Part shown: positions 28,866 through 39,254 of the stretch, piece by piece
Numbering within the stretch: the first letter of the stretch is position 1
How the letters are laid out: every line of letters begins with the position of its first letter
DNA from: a virus
Direction: 5' to 3' (one strand)
Virus record (IMG/VR): IMGVR_UViG_3300042914_002167
Length of the DNA stretch: 64,000 nucleotides
Translations under genes and position numbers: made by a program
The notes under the pieces: generated by a model
The model's database searches: none
Seen by the model: only the letters and a program-made list of their open reading frames with translations
What the model was told of the DNA's origin: nothing

Positions 28866-29854
28866 TCAAAAAAACAAAACTAAGACTGACAGATGAAAGA
28901 AACTACTTCAAGCCCTTCTCTCATCCCTGGGCATATGATGCATGGTTGAAGCATGAGCAGAGTCATTGGATTCACACTGAAGTTCCTATGCTTGAAGACG
29001 TGAAAGACTGGAAGAATCGCATGACAGAAAGCGAGAAGCACTTTCTGACTAATATCTTCCGTTTCTTCACTCAAGGTGACATTGACGTTGCTGGTGGCTA
29101 CGTGAAGAACTATCTTCCGTATTTTCCTCAACCAGAGATTCGCATGATGCTGTCTGGTTTTGCTGCAAGAGAAGCCTTGCATATTGCTGCATACAGTCAC
29201 TTGATTGAGACTCTCGGTATGCCAGAGTCTACATACAATGAGTTTCTTGAGTATCAGGAGATGCGAGAGAAGCATGACTATCTTCTAGAAGTGTCTTCTA
29301 AGAACGGCACCAAAGAATCTACCGCTGCACACATCGCAGCGTTTTCGGCTTTCACTGAAGGGATGCAACTCTTCAGTTCTTTCATCATGCTATTGAACTT
29401 TCCTCGCCACGGCAAGATGAGGGGTATGGGGCAAATCATCACTTGGTCTATCGTTGATGAAACTCAACATGCTGAGTCTATGATAAAACTGTTCCGCACA
29501 TATGTTGAGGAAAACAGAGAGATATGGAATGATGAACTCAAAAGCACAATTTATACCATCGCTGAAAAGATGGTGCAGCTGGAAGATAGATTTATTGATC
29601 TGGCGTTTGGGGTCAGCGAAATGGAGAACCTTAGTTCTGATGACGTCAAGCGTTACATTCGCTATATTGCTGATCGTCGCCTTATTAGTCTCGGTCTGAG
29701 GGGCATCTTCAAGGTCAAGAAGAATCCTCTGCCTTGGGTAGAATCCATGATCAATGCACCCACGCACACCAATTTCTTTGAGAATCGTGCGACAGACTAC
29801 GCAAAAGGTGCTTTGTCTGGTACGTGGGAAGATGTTTGGGGTAAAACTGTGTGA
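28862..29854 (+). CDS. nrdB: Ribonucleotide reductase beta subunit
   Basis: FFTQGD, REALHIAAYS, EGMQLFSSF, DETQH, NFFENRATDY. Confidence 0.95.
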   Translation: MIKKTKLRLTDERNYFKPFSHPWAYDAWLKHEQSHWIHTEVPMLEDVKDWKNRMTESEKHFLTNIFRFFTQGDIDVAGGYVKNYLPYFPQPEIRMMLSGFAAREALHIAAYSHLIETLGMPESTYNEFLEYQEMREKHDYLLEVSSKNGTKESTAAHIAAFSAFTEGMQLFSSFIMLLNFPRHGKMRGMGQIITWSIVDETQHAESMIKLFRTYVEENREIWNDELKSTIYTIAEKMVQLEDRFIDLAFGVSEMENLSSDDVKRYIRYIADRRLISLGLRGIFKVKKNPLPWVESMINAPTHTNFFENRATDYAKGALSGTWEDVWGKTV

Positions 29855-29895
29855 TTGCTATATAACTTGACGCGGCATTTTACAAGGAGGAGCCC

Positions 29896-30123
29896 ATGTC
29901 AAGTTACAGAGCATTTTGCAATGAGTGTGGTGCTGAATCATTTATTAGTTTTGTAGACGACGATGCTGAAGCAAAATTCTGCCCGCATTGCGGAAGTAGT
30001 TTTGATGGTTCTAGCGTAGACGAACAAAACGATGACTCAGATGATGAAGAGGCTTGGGATAAACTTTCAAAAGAGGCATTCGATGATCTAGACGATGCCG
30101 ACGATTGGAAGATCAATCGATGA
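29896..30123 (+). CDS. Zn-ribbon protein with acidic tail
   Basis: CNEC...CPHCG. Confidence 0.7.
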   Translation: MSSYRAFCNECGAESFISFVDDDAEAKFCPHCGSSFDGSSVDEQNDDSDDEEAWDKLSKEAFDDLDDADDWKINR

Positions 30124-30677
30124 AAGTCGCAGGGCTGGACTACTCAATGACATCTCCAGCCATATGTCTCTATGATGATGCAGATGGTGAAATGAACTTT
30201 AGTAACTGCCGATCCTATTACTTGACACAGGTAAAGAAGTATGATATCATTGTCAAGAATATGGTCGGCAAATACTTTGAGTACACTGACGATATGATGA
30301 GATTTGATTCCATATCAAGTTTCTTCATAGAGAGAATTCTAGAGCGTGGCATTGAGAAAGTCTTTATTGAAGGCTACTCAATGGGATCAAAAGGCAGAGT
30401 GTTCCACATCGCAGAGAACACTGGCATTCTAAAGTACAGATTGTGGAAGTACGGCGTAGACTTTGAAGCTGTGCCTCCAACTGTGATCAAAAAGTTCGCT
30501 ACGGGCAAAGGTAATGCAGACAAAGAAAAGATGCAAACCGCGTTTGTAGCCGAAAACAACCTAGACATCAAATTTGAACTCGGTATGACTGAGAAGCAAT
30601 GGAATCCATCTTCTGACATTATCGATGCCTATTGGATATGCAAGTATGGCTATCAACAAATTAGGAGCGTGGAATGA
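30120..30677 (+). CDS. RuvC-like resolvase
   Basis: AGLDYSMTSP, FIEGYS, KKFATGKGNADK, DIIDAY. Confidence 0.8.
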   Translation: MKVAGLDYSMTSPAICLYDDADGEMNFSNCRSYYLTQVKKYDIIVKNMVGKYFEYTDDMMRFDSISSFFIERILERGIEKVFIEGYSMGSKGRVFHIAENTGILKYRLWKYGVDFEAVPPTVIKKFATGKGNADKEKMQTAFVAENNLDIKFELGMTEKQWNPSSDIIDAYWICKYGYQQIRSVE

Positions 30678-30700
30678 CAAGATTATCAGGAGATGACACC

Positions 30701-31345
30701 ATGGCAGGTTTGAAGAATATCAAGTTTGAGGGTAAGCCTATCGGGCACATCTTCGATCTTTATCTTTGTGGTGAGATTCTTCCACCAGAAAACTACATTG
30801 ATCAGTTTGAGATCATCCGAAACGCAGGAGAGAATGATGTGATCCGACTTCACATCAACTCAGCCGGCGGTGATCTATCAACTGCGATCCAATTCAATCG
30901 TGTAATCCAAGAGTCGCAAGCACAAATCTGCGCATCTGCTGAAGGTTATTGTATGTCTGCTGCGACAATGATCTTTCTAGCAGCAGACATGTTTGAAATC
31001 TCGGATCACTGTTTCTTTATGTTCCACAACTACTCTGGTGGATCATTTGGCAAGGGCGGCGAGATGTACGATCATATCGTCAGTGAACGCAAGTGGTCCG
31101 ACAAGCTAGTCAACAAGGTTTACAGTGACTTCCTAACTCCAGAAGAGATCAAGTCTATTCTTGACAACAAAGACATCTGGATGGACGGCGAAGAGGTCAA
31201 GATTCGTCTTGAGAAGAAGATTAAAAAAATGAACGCCGATGTTGAAAAGATTGAAAGGGCGCTCATGGATCAATCTATACCTGATGTTATAGAGAAAAAG
31301 CCATCGCCCAAGAAAAAGGTTGCAGGAAAGACAACTGATGTATAA
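30701..31345 (+). CDS. ClpP-like protease
   Basis: LHINSAGG, CMSAATMI, FMFHNYS, DIWM. Confidence 0.8.
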   Translation: MAGLKNIKFEGKPIGHIFDLYLCGEILPPENYIDQFEIIRNAGENDVIRLHINSAGGDLSTAIQFNRVIQESQAQICASAEGYCMSAATMIFLAADMFEISDHCFFMFHNYSGGSFGKGGEMYDHIVSERKWSDKLVNKVYSDFLTPEEIKSILDNKDIWMDGEEVKIRLEKKIKKMNADVEKIERALMDQSIPDVIEKKPSPKKKVAGKTTDV

Positions 31346-32165
31346 ATTGAAGTTCAACTTTCATCATATTGGTGATCAAATAAGCACAACATCAATACCA
31401 GAAAATGTATTCAATGTAACTGGGAAAAAGTGTGTTATCACAGATAAAAGAATCTGGGCATTTGAACATAATCCGTATGTACACTTCTTAGAAGAAGAGG
31501 ATGCTATTGATCTTCCTGAGATCAGTTTGATTCCAGATTGTAGAGTTCAAGAGCAAGTGAAACATTTTCATGAGAAGATGCAAACGATTGTTGCTGGTTC
31601 TCAAGCAGAATATATGTGTGTGAATTTGGGATTTAGTGATGTTAGATTGAGGCATCCTAGACTTTACATCCATGAAGATGTTGATATTATTCCAAATAAA
31701 ATTGTAGTGCATACAACAGGTTCTGATAGAACTCGCGATAAAGAACCAGCTATTCGTACATCTTCTGGTGAAGATGCGGTTAGGGTGATGTCCGATGATG
31801 TCATAGCGAATATTCTAAGAAACTACAAAGACTATCAAATCATTCAGTTGGGTGGAAAAGATGACAAGTTACTCGGTGGGCACAGTGTGGACATGAGAGG
31901 TAAACTTTCACTGTTTGATGTTGCAAAAGAAATTGCATCGTCTGCCAGATTCATAGGTGTAAACTCTGGGCTAATGCACATTGCTAATTGCTATCCTCGT
32001 GTAGATAAGAGAATTGTATTGATGGAGTTTCCTAGGGAGACATTGATGACATTCAAGCCATGTGACATCAGAAATTGGTTGTTCTCTTGGATTGACATCT
32101 CAAATGTATTTTTCAATAAGTTTGAACACGATGTTGGGCTTACATATTCGTACACTAAGATATGA
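31338..32165 (+). CDS. GT9/heptosyltransferase-like glycosyltransferase
   Basis: HIGDQI; IIQLGG; DMRGKLSL; FIGVNSGLMHIA. Confidence 0.7.
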   Translation: MYKLKFNFHHIGDQISTTSIPENVFNVTGKKCVITDKRIWAFEHNPYVHFLEEEDAIDLPEISLIPDCRVQEQVKHFHEKMQTIVAGSQAEYMCVNLGFSDVRLRHPRLYIHEDVDIIPNKIVVHTTGSDRTRDKEPAIRTSSGEDAVRVMSDDVIANILRNYKDYQIIQLGGKDDKLLGGHSVDMRGKLSLFDVAKEIASSARFIGVNSGLMHIANCYPRVDKRIVLMEFPRETLMTFKPCDIRNWLFSWIDISNVFFNKFEHDVGLTYSYTKI

Positions 32166-32206
32166 AAAAAATTACTTTGTTATTATGAAAAAAATTACTT
32201 TGTTAT
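32161..32206 (+). repeat. 23-bp tandem duplication at gene start
   Basis: TATGAAAAAAATTACTTTGTTAT x2. Confidence 0.85.
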
Positions 32207-32937
32207 GCGTTGGCAATACACATCATTCGTTGATGAAAAAGTCTATAGATATAAGTTTGCGTGCCATTGAGACTGAATGTGAAGAGGTTCTCCATATCAC
32301 AGATAGACAAACAAATGATAGGGGCTTGATACTATCAAACACATTTGATATTGATCAATATAACAAACTTATCGTAAAAGAACTTTCTGGCTTGATCAAG
32401 ACAGAGTTTGTCATGATCATTCAATATGATGGTATGGCAGTCAACAATAAGTATTGGACAAACGAATTCTATAATTATGATTACATAGGTGCACCCTGGC
32501 CAGATAGATTTACCTGGATAGAAGACTCTGAAAAAGTTGGAAATGGTGGTTTTAGTTTGCGTAGCGCAAAGTTACTTGATGTGCTAACAGATGATTCTAT
32601 TAGATTTCATAACGATAATCCAAGATTCAAAAATGAAGATGCTGTGATTTGTCAAGGATATAGTGAATACTTGAAGCGTAAGTACAAAATCAAGTATGCC
32701 ACTTCATCATTAGCAAACAAATTCTCGCATGAATGGTGTAATCCTACAGGAAAAACATTTGGCTTTCATGGTGTATGGAATACACCTCTTTACTTCAAAG
32801 AAGATGAAGTTGTCAACTTTATACAAGAAATACCAAAGAGTCACTGGCTTGACGACAAACGACAGATGTTCTTTCAAAATTGTCGATCAAAAGGTTATCT
32901 AAGAGCAATAAGAAAGTATAGTGAAATATATGAATAA
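32185..32937 (+). CDS. DUF5672-like putative glycosyltransferase
   Basis: IIQYDG, YDYIGAPW, VGNGGFSLRS, NEDAVIC, FGFHG. Confidence 0.75.
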   Translation: MKKITLLCVGNTHHSLMKKSIDISLRAIETECEEVLHITDRQTNDRGLILSNTFDIDQYNKLIVKELSGLIKTEFVMIIQYDGMAVNNKYWTNEFYNYDYIGAPWPDRFTWIEDSEKVGNGGFSLRSAKLLDVLTDDSIRFHNDNPRFKNEDAVICQGYSEYLKRKYKIKYATSSLANKFSHEWCNPTGKTFGFHGVWNTPLYFKEDEVVNFIQEIPKSHWLDDKRQMFFQNCRSKGYLRAIRKYSEIYE

Positions 32938-33220
32938 TCCTTTCTCATCAACGATTGAATGGATACAAAATGACTGGAATTCAAATAAGTTTAGATTCAT
33001 GGTTGAAGTCTTGGCGTGGGCTATTAGTATTGGCTGTAGTATTATTATGGCCCTCACTGTTCCTAATCCTCCTCTTATGGCTCTTTATCCTGTTTGGATT
33101 GTTGGTTGCAGTTTGTATGCTTGGGCTTCTTGGACTAGGAAATCTTTTGGTATGCTTGCTAACTATATCTTGCTAACAACAATTGATTCTATTGGGCTGG
33201 TACGGATGATCATTGCTTGA
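32930..33220 (+). CDS. Small membrane protein
   Basis: Three hydrophobic segments. Confidence 0.65.
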   Translation: MNNPFSSTIEWIQNDWNSNKFRFMVEVLAWAISIGCSIIMALTVPNPPLMALYPVWIVGCSLYAWASWTRKSFGMLANYILLTTIDSIGLVRMIIA

Positions 33221-33274
33221 CATTCCGTGTGTTCCGTGATATGATGATGACACTTGACTATGAAGGAGTTTGGA

Positions 33275-33718
33275 ATGACTGGAAATACTTTTACCCTTGA
33301 TGTTCAGCATGATGATGCTGGAGAAGCATACATTGAATTTCCCCAAGAGACTATGGCTGGGCTTGGATGGAAAGAGGGAGACACTGTTGTCTGGGCTGAC
33401 AACAACGACGGCTCTTTCACTTTGACGAAGAAGAACACCGAATGGGTTCTTGTAGAATGTGTCAGCACATTCCGTCAGCGTTACATGGTAGAAGTTCCTC
33501 GCGGTAAGTCTGAGTGGGCACTAGATACAGTGACTATGGAAGAAGCACAAGAGTTCTCTCAGAAGCATCTCGGTGAAACCATCGTATCGCATCGTGTCGT
33601 TTCTTACGATGAAGCAATGCGTATGTGTGATGAAGACAATGACTATGTAAAAAATACATGGACTAATCTGAAGAAGCGTGAAGTATTCTTCACACCAATC
33701 AAGGAAGATGAAGAATGA
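33275..33718 (+). CDS. AbrB-like N-terminal domain protein
   Basis: IEFPQETMAGLGWKEGDTVVW. Confidence 0.55.
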   Translation: MTGNTFTLDVQHDDAGEAYIEFPQETMAGLGWKEGDTVVWADNNDGSFTLTKKNTEWVLVECVSTFRQRYMVEVPRGKSEWALDTVTMEEAQEFSQKHLGETIVSHRVVSYDEAMRMCDEDNDYVKNTWTNLKKREVFFTPIKEDEE

Positions 33719-34461
33719 AAGTGTATATCGGTCCATACACCGATTGGTTCGGTCCTTATCAACTGGCAGAAAAAATTCTTTTCTGGATGGACAAAGATGA
33801 AGATGATCGTGTTCACAAGTTTGGGCAATGGCTTGCTGGCGACAGTGATCGGGAAGAAGATGATGAAGTTCTCCGTGAACCGGAAAAGAAGTCTATGCTT
33901 TACAAGTTCCTCCTTTGGGTGGACTCTAAGAAAAGCCGTACTGTCGAGGTCTGTATTGACAAGTATGATACTTGGAACATGGACCGTACGCTTGCGATTA
34001 TTGTCCTACCTATGCTCAAGCAACTCCAAGAAAAGAAGCATGGCTCTCAAATTGTTGATGTAGAAGATGTCCCCGAATACCTTCGCTGCACCACAACTGA
34101 AGACTATGATAGTCAACTGACTTTTGAGTTCTACCAAGAGCATGAAGTCAAAGAAGGTGAAGCAGATATTCACGCTCGTTGGGATTGGGTTCTTAGTGAA
34201 ATGATCTGGGCGTTTGAGCAACACCAACCTGACGTTGATTGGGAATCACAATACTACACAGGTGAATCAGACTGGCGCTGGAAGAAAGTCGAGGGGACTT
34301 ATCCTAATCCAGTGACGGGTAAAGAGGAGGGGCTGACTCAGATGGTAGAAGGCCCTAATCACACACAGAATATTGATTCGGATGGTATGCGCAAGCATCA
34401 AGAGCGCATCAGCAACGGCTTTCGTTTGTTCGGAAAATATTATCAAGGATTGTGGGACTAA
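33715..34461 (+). CDS. Conserved phage hypothetical protein
   Basis: YDTWNMD...WDWVLSEMIWAF...GFRLFGKYYQGLWD. Confidence 0.7.
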   Translation: MKVYIGPYTDWFGPYQLAEKILFWMDKDEDDRVHKFGQWLAGDSDREEDDEVLREPEKKSMLYKFLLWVDSKKSRTVEVCIDKYDTWNMDRTLAIIVLPMLKQLQEKKHGSQIVDVEDVPEYLRCTTTEDYDSQLTFEFYQEHEVKEGEADIHARWDWVLSEMIWAFEQHQPDVDWESQYYTGESDWRWKKVEGTYPNPVTGKEEGLTQMVEGPNHTQNIDSDGMRKHQERISNGFRLFGKYYQGLWD

Positions 34462-34464
34462 ATC

Positions 34465-34695
34465 ATGACTGTACCATATGAAAGAGTATCATCAGTCAAC
34501 AGAACAAGACAGTTTCTGATTGACTTGATGAATCCTAAAGTGACGCCTCGTGTTCCTAAAGACATTCGATGGCAAGCAAGATCATTGCTGAGACACTATC
34601 CTAGTAAATATGAAATGGAAATTGCATGTGAGAACGAAGAAATATTGACAGAAAAACATCCAATGACATTTAGAGTATTCAAGAAAGACTTTTAG
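34465..34695 (+). CDS. Small hypothetical protein (BPSL0761-like)
   Basis: MTVPYER...RVPKDIRWQARSLLRHYP. Confidence 0.6.
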   Translation: MTVPYERVSSVNRTRQFLIDLMNPKVTPRVPKDIRWQARSLLRHYPSKYEMEIACENEEILTEKHPMTFRVFKKDF

Positions 34696-34697
34696 AT

Positions 34698-35543
34698 ATG
34701 AAATTCTCTCTAGCAAGTGACGTTCATTTGGAGTGTGGATATCTTGATCTGACAAACGAAGAAGGATCAGATGTCCTTGTTCTTGCGGGTGACATCTTTG
34801 TCGCAAATGAATTCAGAATCAAAACTGGAAATGGGCATACGTATCGCCGATTCATTGAAGAAGTGACTGGGCGATATGGGCATGTTGTCTACATCATGGG
34901 CAATCATGAACACTATCATGGTGACTACGCAAAGACTGCTGACATCATTCGCGATGAGTTCAAATACTTCAACAATCTGAAGTTTTTGGATAACACTTTC
35001 GTTGACATTTGTGATGTTCGGTTCATCGGTGGCACTCTATGGACTGATCTGAACAAGAATGATCCACTGACGATTCAGCAAATCCAGAGGTCGATGAATG
35101 ACTATCGTCTGGTCGAGAACAGTGGAAATCCAGTGTCATATCGCGTGACGAATACGGACGGTCAAGTTTCATTCAAGACAAGACCATCTAGACTTCATCC
35201 TAACGACTGCGCCGAAGAACACAAGAAGTGTCTCGCGACAATCAGTGAGATCCTGAATTCTTATCAGGATGACAAGAAAGTTGTTGTTGTCACACATCAT
35301 CTGCCCACGCTTGAGTCTGTGCCACATGAGTACAGGAGAGATTATCACGGCAACGGTGCTTTCGCCTCAGACTTGTCGAATTTCATTCTTGATCGGCCGC
35401 GCATCAAGTATTGGATTCATGGGCATACGCACGACCCGTGTGACTACATGGTTGGTGACACTAGGGTTGTTTGTAATCCTCGTGGTTATATCGGATATGA
35501 AACAATTGCCAGAAATTTCAAGATAAAGCAGTACGAAGTCTGA
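34698..35543 (+). CDS. Calcineurin-like metallophosphoesterase
   Basis: SDVHLE, LAGDI, GNHEHY, THH, HGHTH, NPRGY. Confidence 0.9.
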   Translation: MKFSLASDVHLECGYLDLTNEEGSDVLVLAGDIFVANEFRIKTGNGHTYRRFIEEVTGRYGHVVYIMGNHEHYHGDYAKTADIIRDEFKYFNNLKFLDNTFVDICDVRFIGGTLWTDLNKNDPLTIQQIQRSMNDYRLVENSGNPVSYRVTNTDGQVSFKTRPSRLHPNDCAEEHKKCLATISEILNSYQDDKKVVVVTHHLPTLESVPHEYRRDYHGNGAFASDLSNFILDRPRIKYWIHGHTHDPCDYMVGDTRVVCNPRGYIGYETIARNFKIKQYEV

Positions 35544-35605
35544 TGTTGTTTTTACGCAACAACAGACTTGACATTGTTGACATAGTGCGATAAACTATAT
35601 ACAAG

Positions 35606-35959
35606 ATGAAAGATAACTCATGGAGCAATATGTTTTTCATCTACGGTGCGGAAAATAGCAGGGCATGCGACAAAGCAGAATTTTTGCTCTTTACTATGAA
35701 CTTGGAGTATAGACTCTACATTTTTGGTAGAGACTACACATTCAAACAACTCAACAGACTTGTGCCCGACACAACAGTTGTGCCGCACATCTATCATGGC
35801 GCCAAGTATATTGGCGGCGTGAAAGACCTATACGATTATCTACATAGTGAGAAAGTGATAAATGAGTCAAAAGGACAATCCGAAAGATGTGAGAAAATTC
35901 TTGGTATCTCTCCTGACGGAGACTCCAGGGAAAGCAAAGGTGACTTTCACGAAGAGTGA
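35606..35959 (+). CDS. Glutaredoxin-like protein (SxxC)
   Basis: SRACDKA; VVPHIY...YIGGVKDL. Confidence 0.65.
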   Translation: MKDNSWSNMFFIYGAENSRACDKAEFLLFTMNLEYRLYIFGRDYTFKQLNRLVPDTTVVPHIYHGAKYIGGVKDLYDYLHSEKVINESKGQSERCEKILGISPDGDSRESKGDFHEE

Positions 35960-36149
35960 CGGTACCGAGCGTGAGATGCTTTGCACTCTTCGCGAAGAAT
36001 TCATTCAACAATATGAAAAGAAGACAGAAAGGGTTCGTCAAGAGAACTTGGATGTCATGTCCGTATGGGACCTAGAAAAAAGCGGTTGGAGATCATTCCG
36101 CATTGATTCGGTGAAACGTATTGATTTTGATCTTGTAGAAAATGCGTAA
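35862..36149 (+). CDS. SH3/WYL-like beta-barrel protein
   Basis: VTFTKSDGTEREMLCTL...WDLEKSGWRSFR. Confidence 0.75.
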   Translation: MSQKDNPKDVRKFLVSLLTETPGKAKVTFTKSDGTEREMLCTLREEFIQQYEKKTERVRQENLDVMSVWDLEKSGWRSFRIDSVKRIDFDLVENA

Positions 36150-37254
36150 ATTGACTGCACTGGATCCATCTATGATGGGTCCAGAACCATCTTGGGCTGA
36201 TCCAGCCAATCTTCCTACACTCACATCAGCATTGAGTTGGTACACATATTCCTTTGGCAATAAAGAAGCCAAAGAGTTTGTGTTGGACTATGCGAAAAGT
36301 GTTGGTCGCTCGAAAGATGAGATTGAGAATCTGAAGAGCATTTCAGACGACAAGTACATCAAGCAATTCGGCTGGGTTGCTAGAATGATGTGTGTCGGAT
36401 ATACACCAGACGACAAGACAAAAGAATTCTTCACTAAGACATACAAGTCTATGTTTGCGTATGTCAAGAAGACTGACGCAATCAAGACTGAGGAAGTTGC
36501 ATCGGACGCCACTCTCGCACCAAGGGTGACGATACAATCACGCATTCAAGACAAAGCACATGAAGAAGCTGGTGATCTTGAAGGATTGATTGACGACTTC
36601 GTTGCGTCTGGATGCAAGATGCAGATTGATCTGGACAACTATGTGAAGAACAAGAAGTTGAGTTCGGTTGTTCTCAAGAAAATTTGTGACATCTTTGTCG
36701 TCCGCAGTTCGCGAATTGCGAATGTGATTGAGTCTAAGGATCCACAAATCAAAGAGGGATACTCCAACTTCACAAAGCCAGAATTGAGGCGGTTGAAAGA
36801 CTTCCTTGATGCTATCGTTGCAGCCACAAACAAGGGTGCAGTTGAGTCTAAGCCAGTTCGAAAGACCAGGAAGAAGAAAGAGAAGCCCGCTGCGGTTCTT
36901 GCCTCAAAGGTGTCTTATCTCAAGGAAGATCCAGAGACTGGATTGAAGAGTGTTTTGCCAGAGAAGATCATTGGTGCATCTCAAGTCTGGGTGTACAATG
37001 CAAAGACTCGCATTCTTGGTGTGTATCGTGCTGCTGATGCGCGTGGGCTTTCTATCAAGGGAACGACAATCCAAAACTACAAAGAAGATGCTGCTATCGC
37101 CAAGAAGCTGAGAAAGCCGAAGGAAACTCTAGACAAACTTGCCACCGCTGGAAAAGTAAAGTTGAATCAAATTCTATCAGAATTGACAACAAAGGAATGT
37201 AACTTGACAGGAAGATGCAACTCTGATACAATCATTGTGAAGGTGGTAAACTAA
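36142..37254 (+). CDS. Conserved T4-like hypothetical protein
   Basis: IIGASQVWVYN...LSIKGTTI...KKLRKP...TGRCN; upstream of rnh. Confidence 0.7.
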   Translation: MRKLTALDPSMMGPEPSWADPANLPTLTSALSWYTYSFGNKEAKEFVLDYAKSVGRSKDEIENLKSISDDKYIKQFGWVARMMCVGYTPDDKTKEFFTKTYKSMFAYVKKTDAIKTEEVASDATLAPRVTIQSRIQDKAHEEAGDLEGLIDDFVASGCKMQIDLDNYVKNKKLSSVVLKKICDIFVVRSSRIANVIESKDPQIKEGYSNFTKPELRRLKDFLDAIVAATNKGAVESKPVRKTRKKKEKPAAVLASKVSYLKEDPETGLKSVLPEKIIGASQVWVYNAKTRILGVYRAADARGLSIKGTTIQNYKEDAAIAKKLRKPKETLDKLATAGKVKLNQILSELTTKECNLTGRCNSDTIIVKVVN

Positions 37255-38115
37255 ATGATTCTTCTTGATCTGAACCAAACAATGATTTCCAATCTGATGA
37301 TGCAGCCTGGCGGGCTAGACAATCCAGATGAGAACATGATTCGGCATATGGTGATGAACAGTCTTCGCATGTACAATGTCAAATTCAAAAAGGAATATGG
37401 CGATCTGATCATCTGTACCGATGACAAGAACTATTGGCGCAAAGATATCTTTCCGTTCTATAAAGCTGGGCGCAAGAAGAACCGTGAAGACTCACCTTAT
37501 GACTGGAATGCAATCTTCACAATTCTCAACAAAGTTCGTGATGAGATCAAAGAGAACATTCCTTATCCTGTTATCCAAGTAGATAAAGCAGAAGCTGATG
37601 ACATCATTGGCACACTATGCTACAAGAATGGCGTTCAGTTGAAGTCTGCCAGCACAGAAAAGATTCTAATCCTATCCAGCGATAAAGACTTCATGCAACT
37701 TCAGAAGTTTGCTAATGTTGAGCAGTTCAGCCCAATGGCTAAGAAGTTTCTGCGCACAAGCACACCAGAAGACTTCTTACGTGAACACATCATCCGAGGT
37801 GATCGTGGCGATGGCATCCCCAACATTCTGTCGCACGACGACACCTTTGTCACAGAAGCACGACAAAAACCTGTAACTGAGAAAAAGCTAAATACATGGC
37901 TGACGCAAGAACCAGAGTCTTTTTGTGACGATACTATGCTGCGAAACTTCAAGCGCAATGAAGCGTTGATTGATCTTGAAAAAGTTCCTGCTGACTATCA
38001 GACTAAGATCATGAATGCGTTTGAGAATGCTCCTCGTAATGGTAAGGGCAAATTGATGAACTACTTTATCAAGAACCGAATGAAGGTTCTGATGGAATCA
38101 CTACAGGATTGGTGA
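37255..38115 (+). CDS. rnh: T4-type RNase H / 5'-3' exonuclease
   Basis: YWRKDIFPFYKAGR, AEADDIIG, SSDKDFMQL, GDRGDGIPN. Confidence 0.92.
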   Translation: MILLDLNQTMISNLMMQPGGLDNPDENMIRHMVMNSLRMYNVKFKKEYGDLIICTDDKNYWRKDIFPFYKAGRKKNREDSPYDWNAIFTILNKVRDEIKENIPYPVIQVDKAEADDIIGTLCYKNGVQLKSASTEKILILSSDKDFMQLQKFANVEQFSPMAKKFLRTSTPEDFLREHIIRGDRGDGIPNILSHDDTFVTEARQKPVTEKKLNTWLTQEPESFCDDTMLRNFKRNEALIDLEKVPADYQTKIMNAFENAPRNGKGKLMNYFIKNRMKVLMESLQDW

Positions 38116-38118
38116 CAA

Positions 38119-38577
38119 ATGGCAAATATTGACTTGAGCAAGATGACTCTTCCGGAGATTATGAATCATCTCTCTTCGGATGTGTCTAATGATGATCGTC
38201 CTGGTGCTATGCAACAGGTTGCAAATTTTAGACCAGACTTCAAGGCTGTTATTCAGCTTGTGTTTGTGGAAGGTATTCAACTGGATCTACCTCCAGGAAT
38301 TCCACCATACAAGCCTCAGAACTTGCCAAACAATTGGGGATACAATCGGCTTCCCAAAGAGTTGAAGAAGATGCACTACTTCATCAAAGGTGCAGAGAAT
38401 AGCGTAAACAGGTTAAAGAAAGAAAGCATGTTCATTGAGATGCTAGAGAGTCTTTCTCCTGACGAAGCCAAACTCTTGATTCAAATCAAAGACAAGAAGT
38501 TAGAGTACAAAGGCATAACCAAGAGGTACGTCAAGAAGGCGTTTCCCGAATTTTTTCCCGGAGAAGCAGAAGAGTGA
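38119..38577 (+). CDS. Conserved T4-like hypothetical protein
   Basis: LPPGIPPY...KKESMFIEMLESLSPDEAKLL. Confidence 0.7.
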   Translation: MANIDLSKMTLPEIMNHLSSDVSNDDRPGAMQQVANFRPDFKAVIQLVFVEGIQLDLPPGIPPYKPQNLPNNWGYNRLPKELKKMHYFIKGAENSVNRLKKESMFIEMLESLSPDEAKLLIQIKDKKLEYKGITKRYVKKAFPEFFPGEAEE

Positions 38578-38796
38578 GATATGGCAAAAACTGATAAGAA
38601 GGGTTCTAGTGGCTATCGAGGCTTTCGCGAGTTCTATGAAGAAGAAAAAGAATTTCGCCCAAAGAAAAAGCGAGTAGACGAATCCGAAAAGGACAAGATG
38701 AAGTTTCGTGACAAGTTGAAACGCATTGATCCTAGAGACATAGACGAAGAAGAATTTGACGACTACTGAAACTTTTTTATTACACTGGAGTATATT

Positions 38797-38991
38797 ATGA
38801 ACAAGCCTACAATTGTTATGATCATCATCTTTGCAGTTTGTCTTGCAATCGTTTCGCCTCTCATATTCATCTGGAGTCTGAACACTCTGTTTGGATTGAG
38901 CATTGCATACGGTTTCTTTGAGTGGCTTGCTGCATTCATTCTTGTTGGTGTTGTGACAGGAAATGGCGTCAAGTTCAATTCAAAAAACTAA
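38797..38991 (+). CDS. Small membrane protein
   Basis: PLIFIWSLNTLF; two TMs; GGAG RBS. Confidence 0.6.
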   Translation: MNKPTIVMIIIFAVCLAIVSPLIFIWSLNTLFGLSIAYGFFEWLAAFILVGVVTGNGVKFNSKN

Positions 38992-39254
38992 AGCCTTTCG
39001 CCCACAGGATATTGACGGCAAGTTCAAGATATATGAGGGCTTGCGCCGAAGAAGCGTAGGGCAATGGAATTGGCATGTGAGGCGATTTGATTCTTCGCAC
39101 ATCTCTAGAGTGTTTGGTCAACTACACTACCTAGGAAGTCATGCACCAAGACCAATCACAAAGAAGTGGTACAGAGTAGAAAAAAAATTCTTTCAAAGGT
39201 ACAAAAAGTACCTCTAAGATGTATAAATAAAAGACAAGAAAATTGGAGTTACAA

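Noticed and set aside
2851-29854. Further inteins or introns in gp43, gp41, nrdA, nrdB
   Set aside because: All are contiguous, of ordinary length and without Hint motifs
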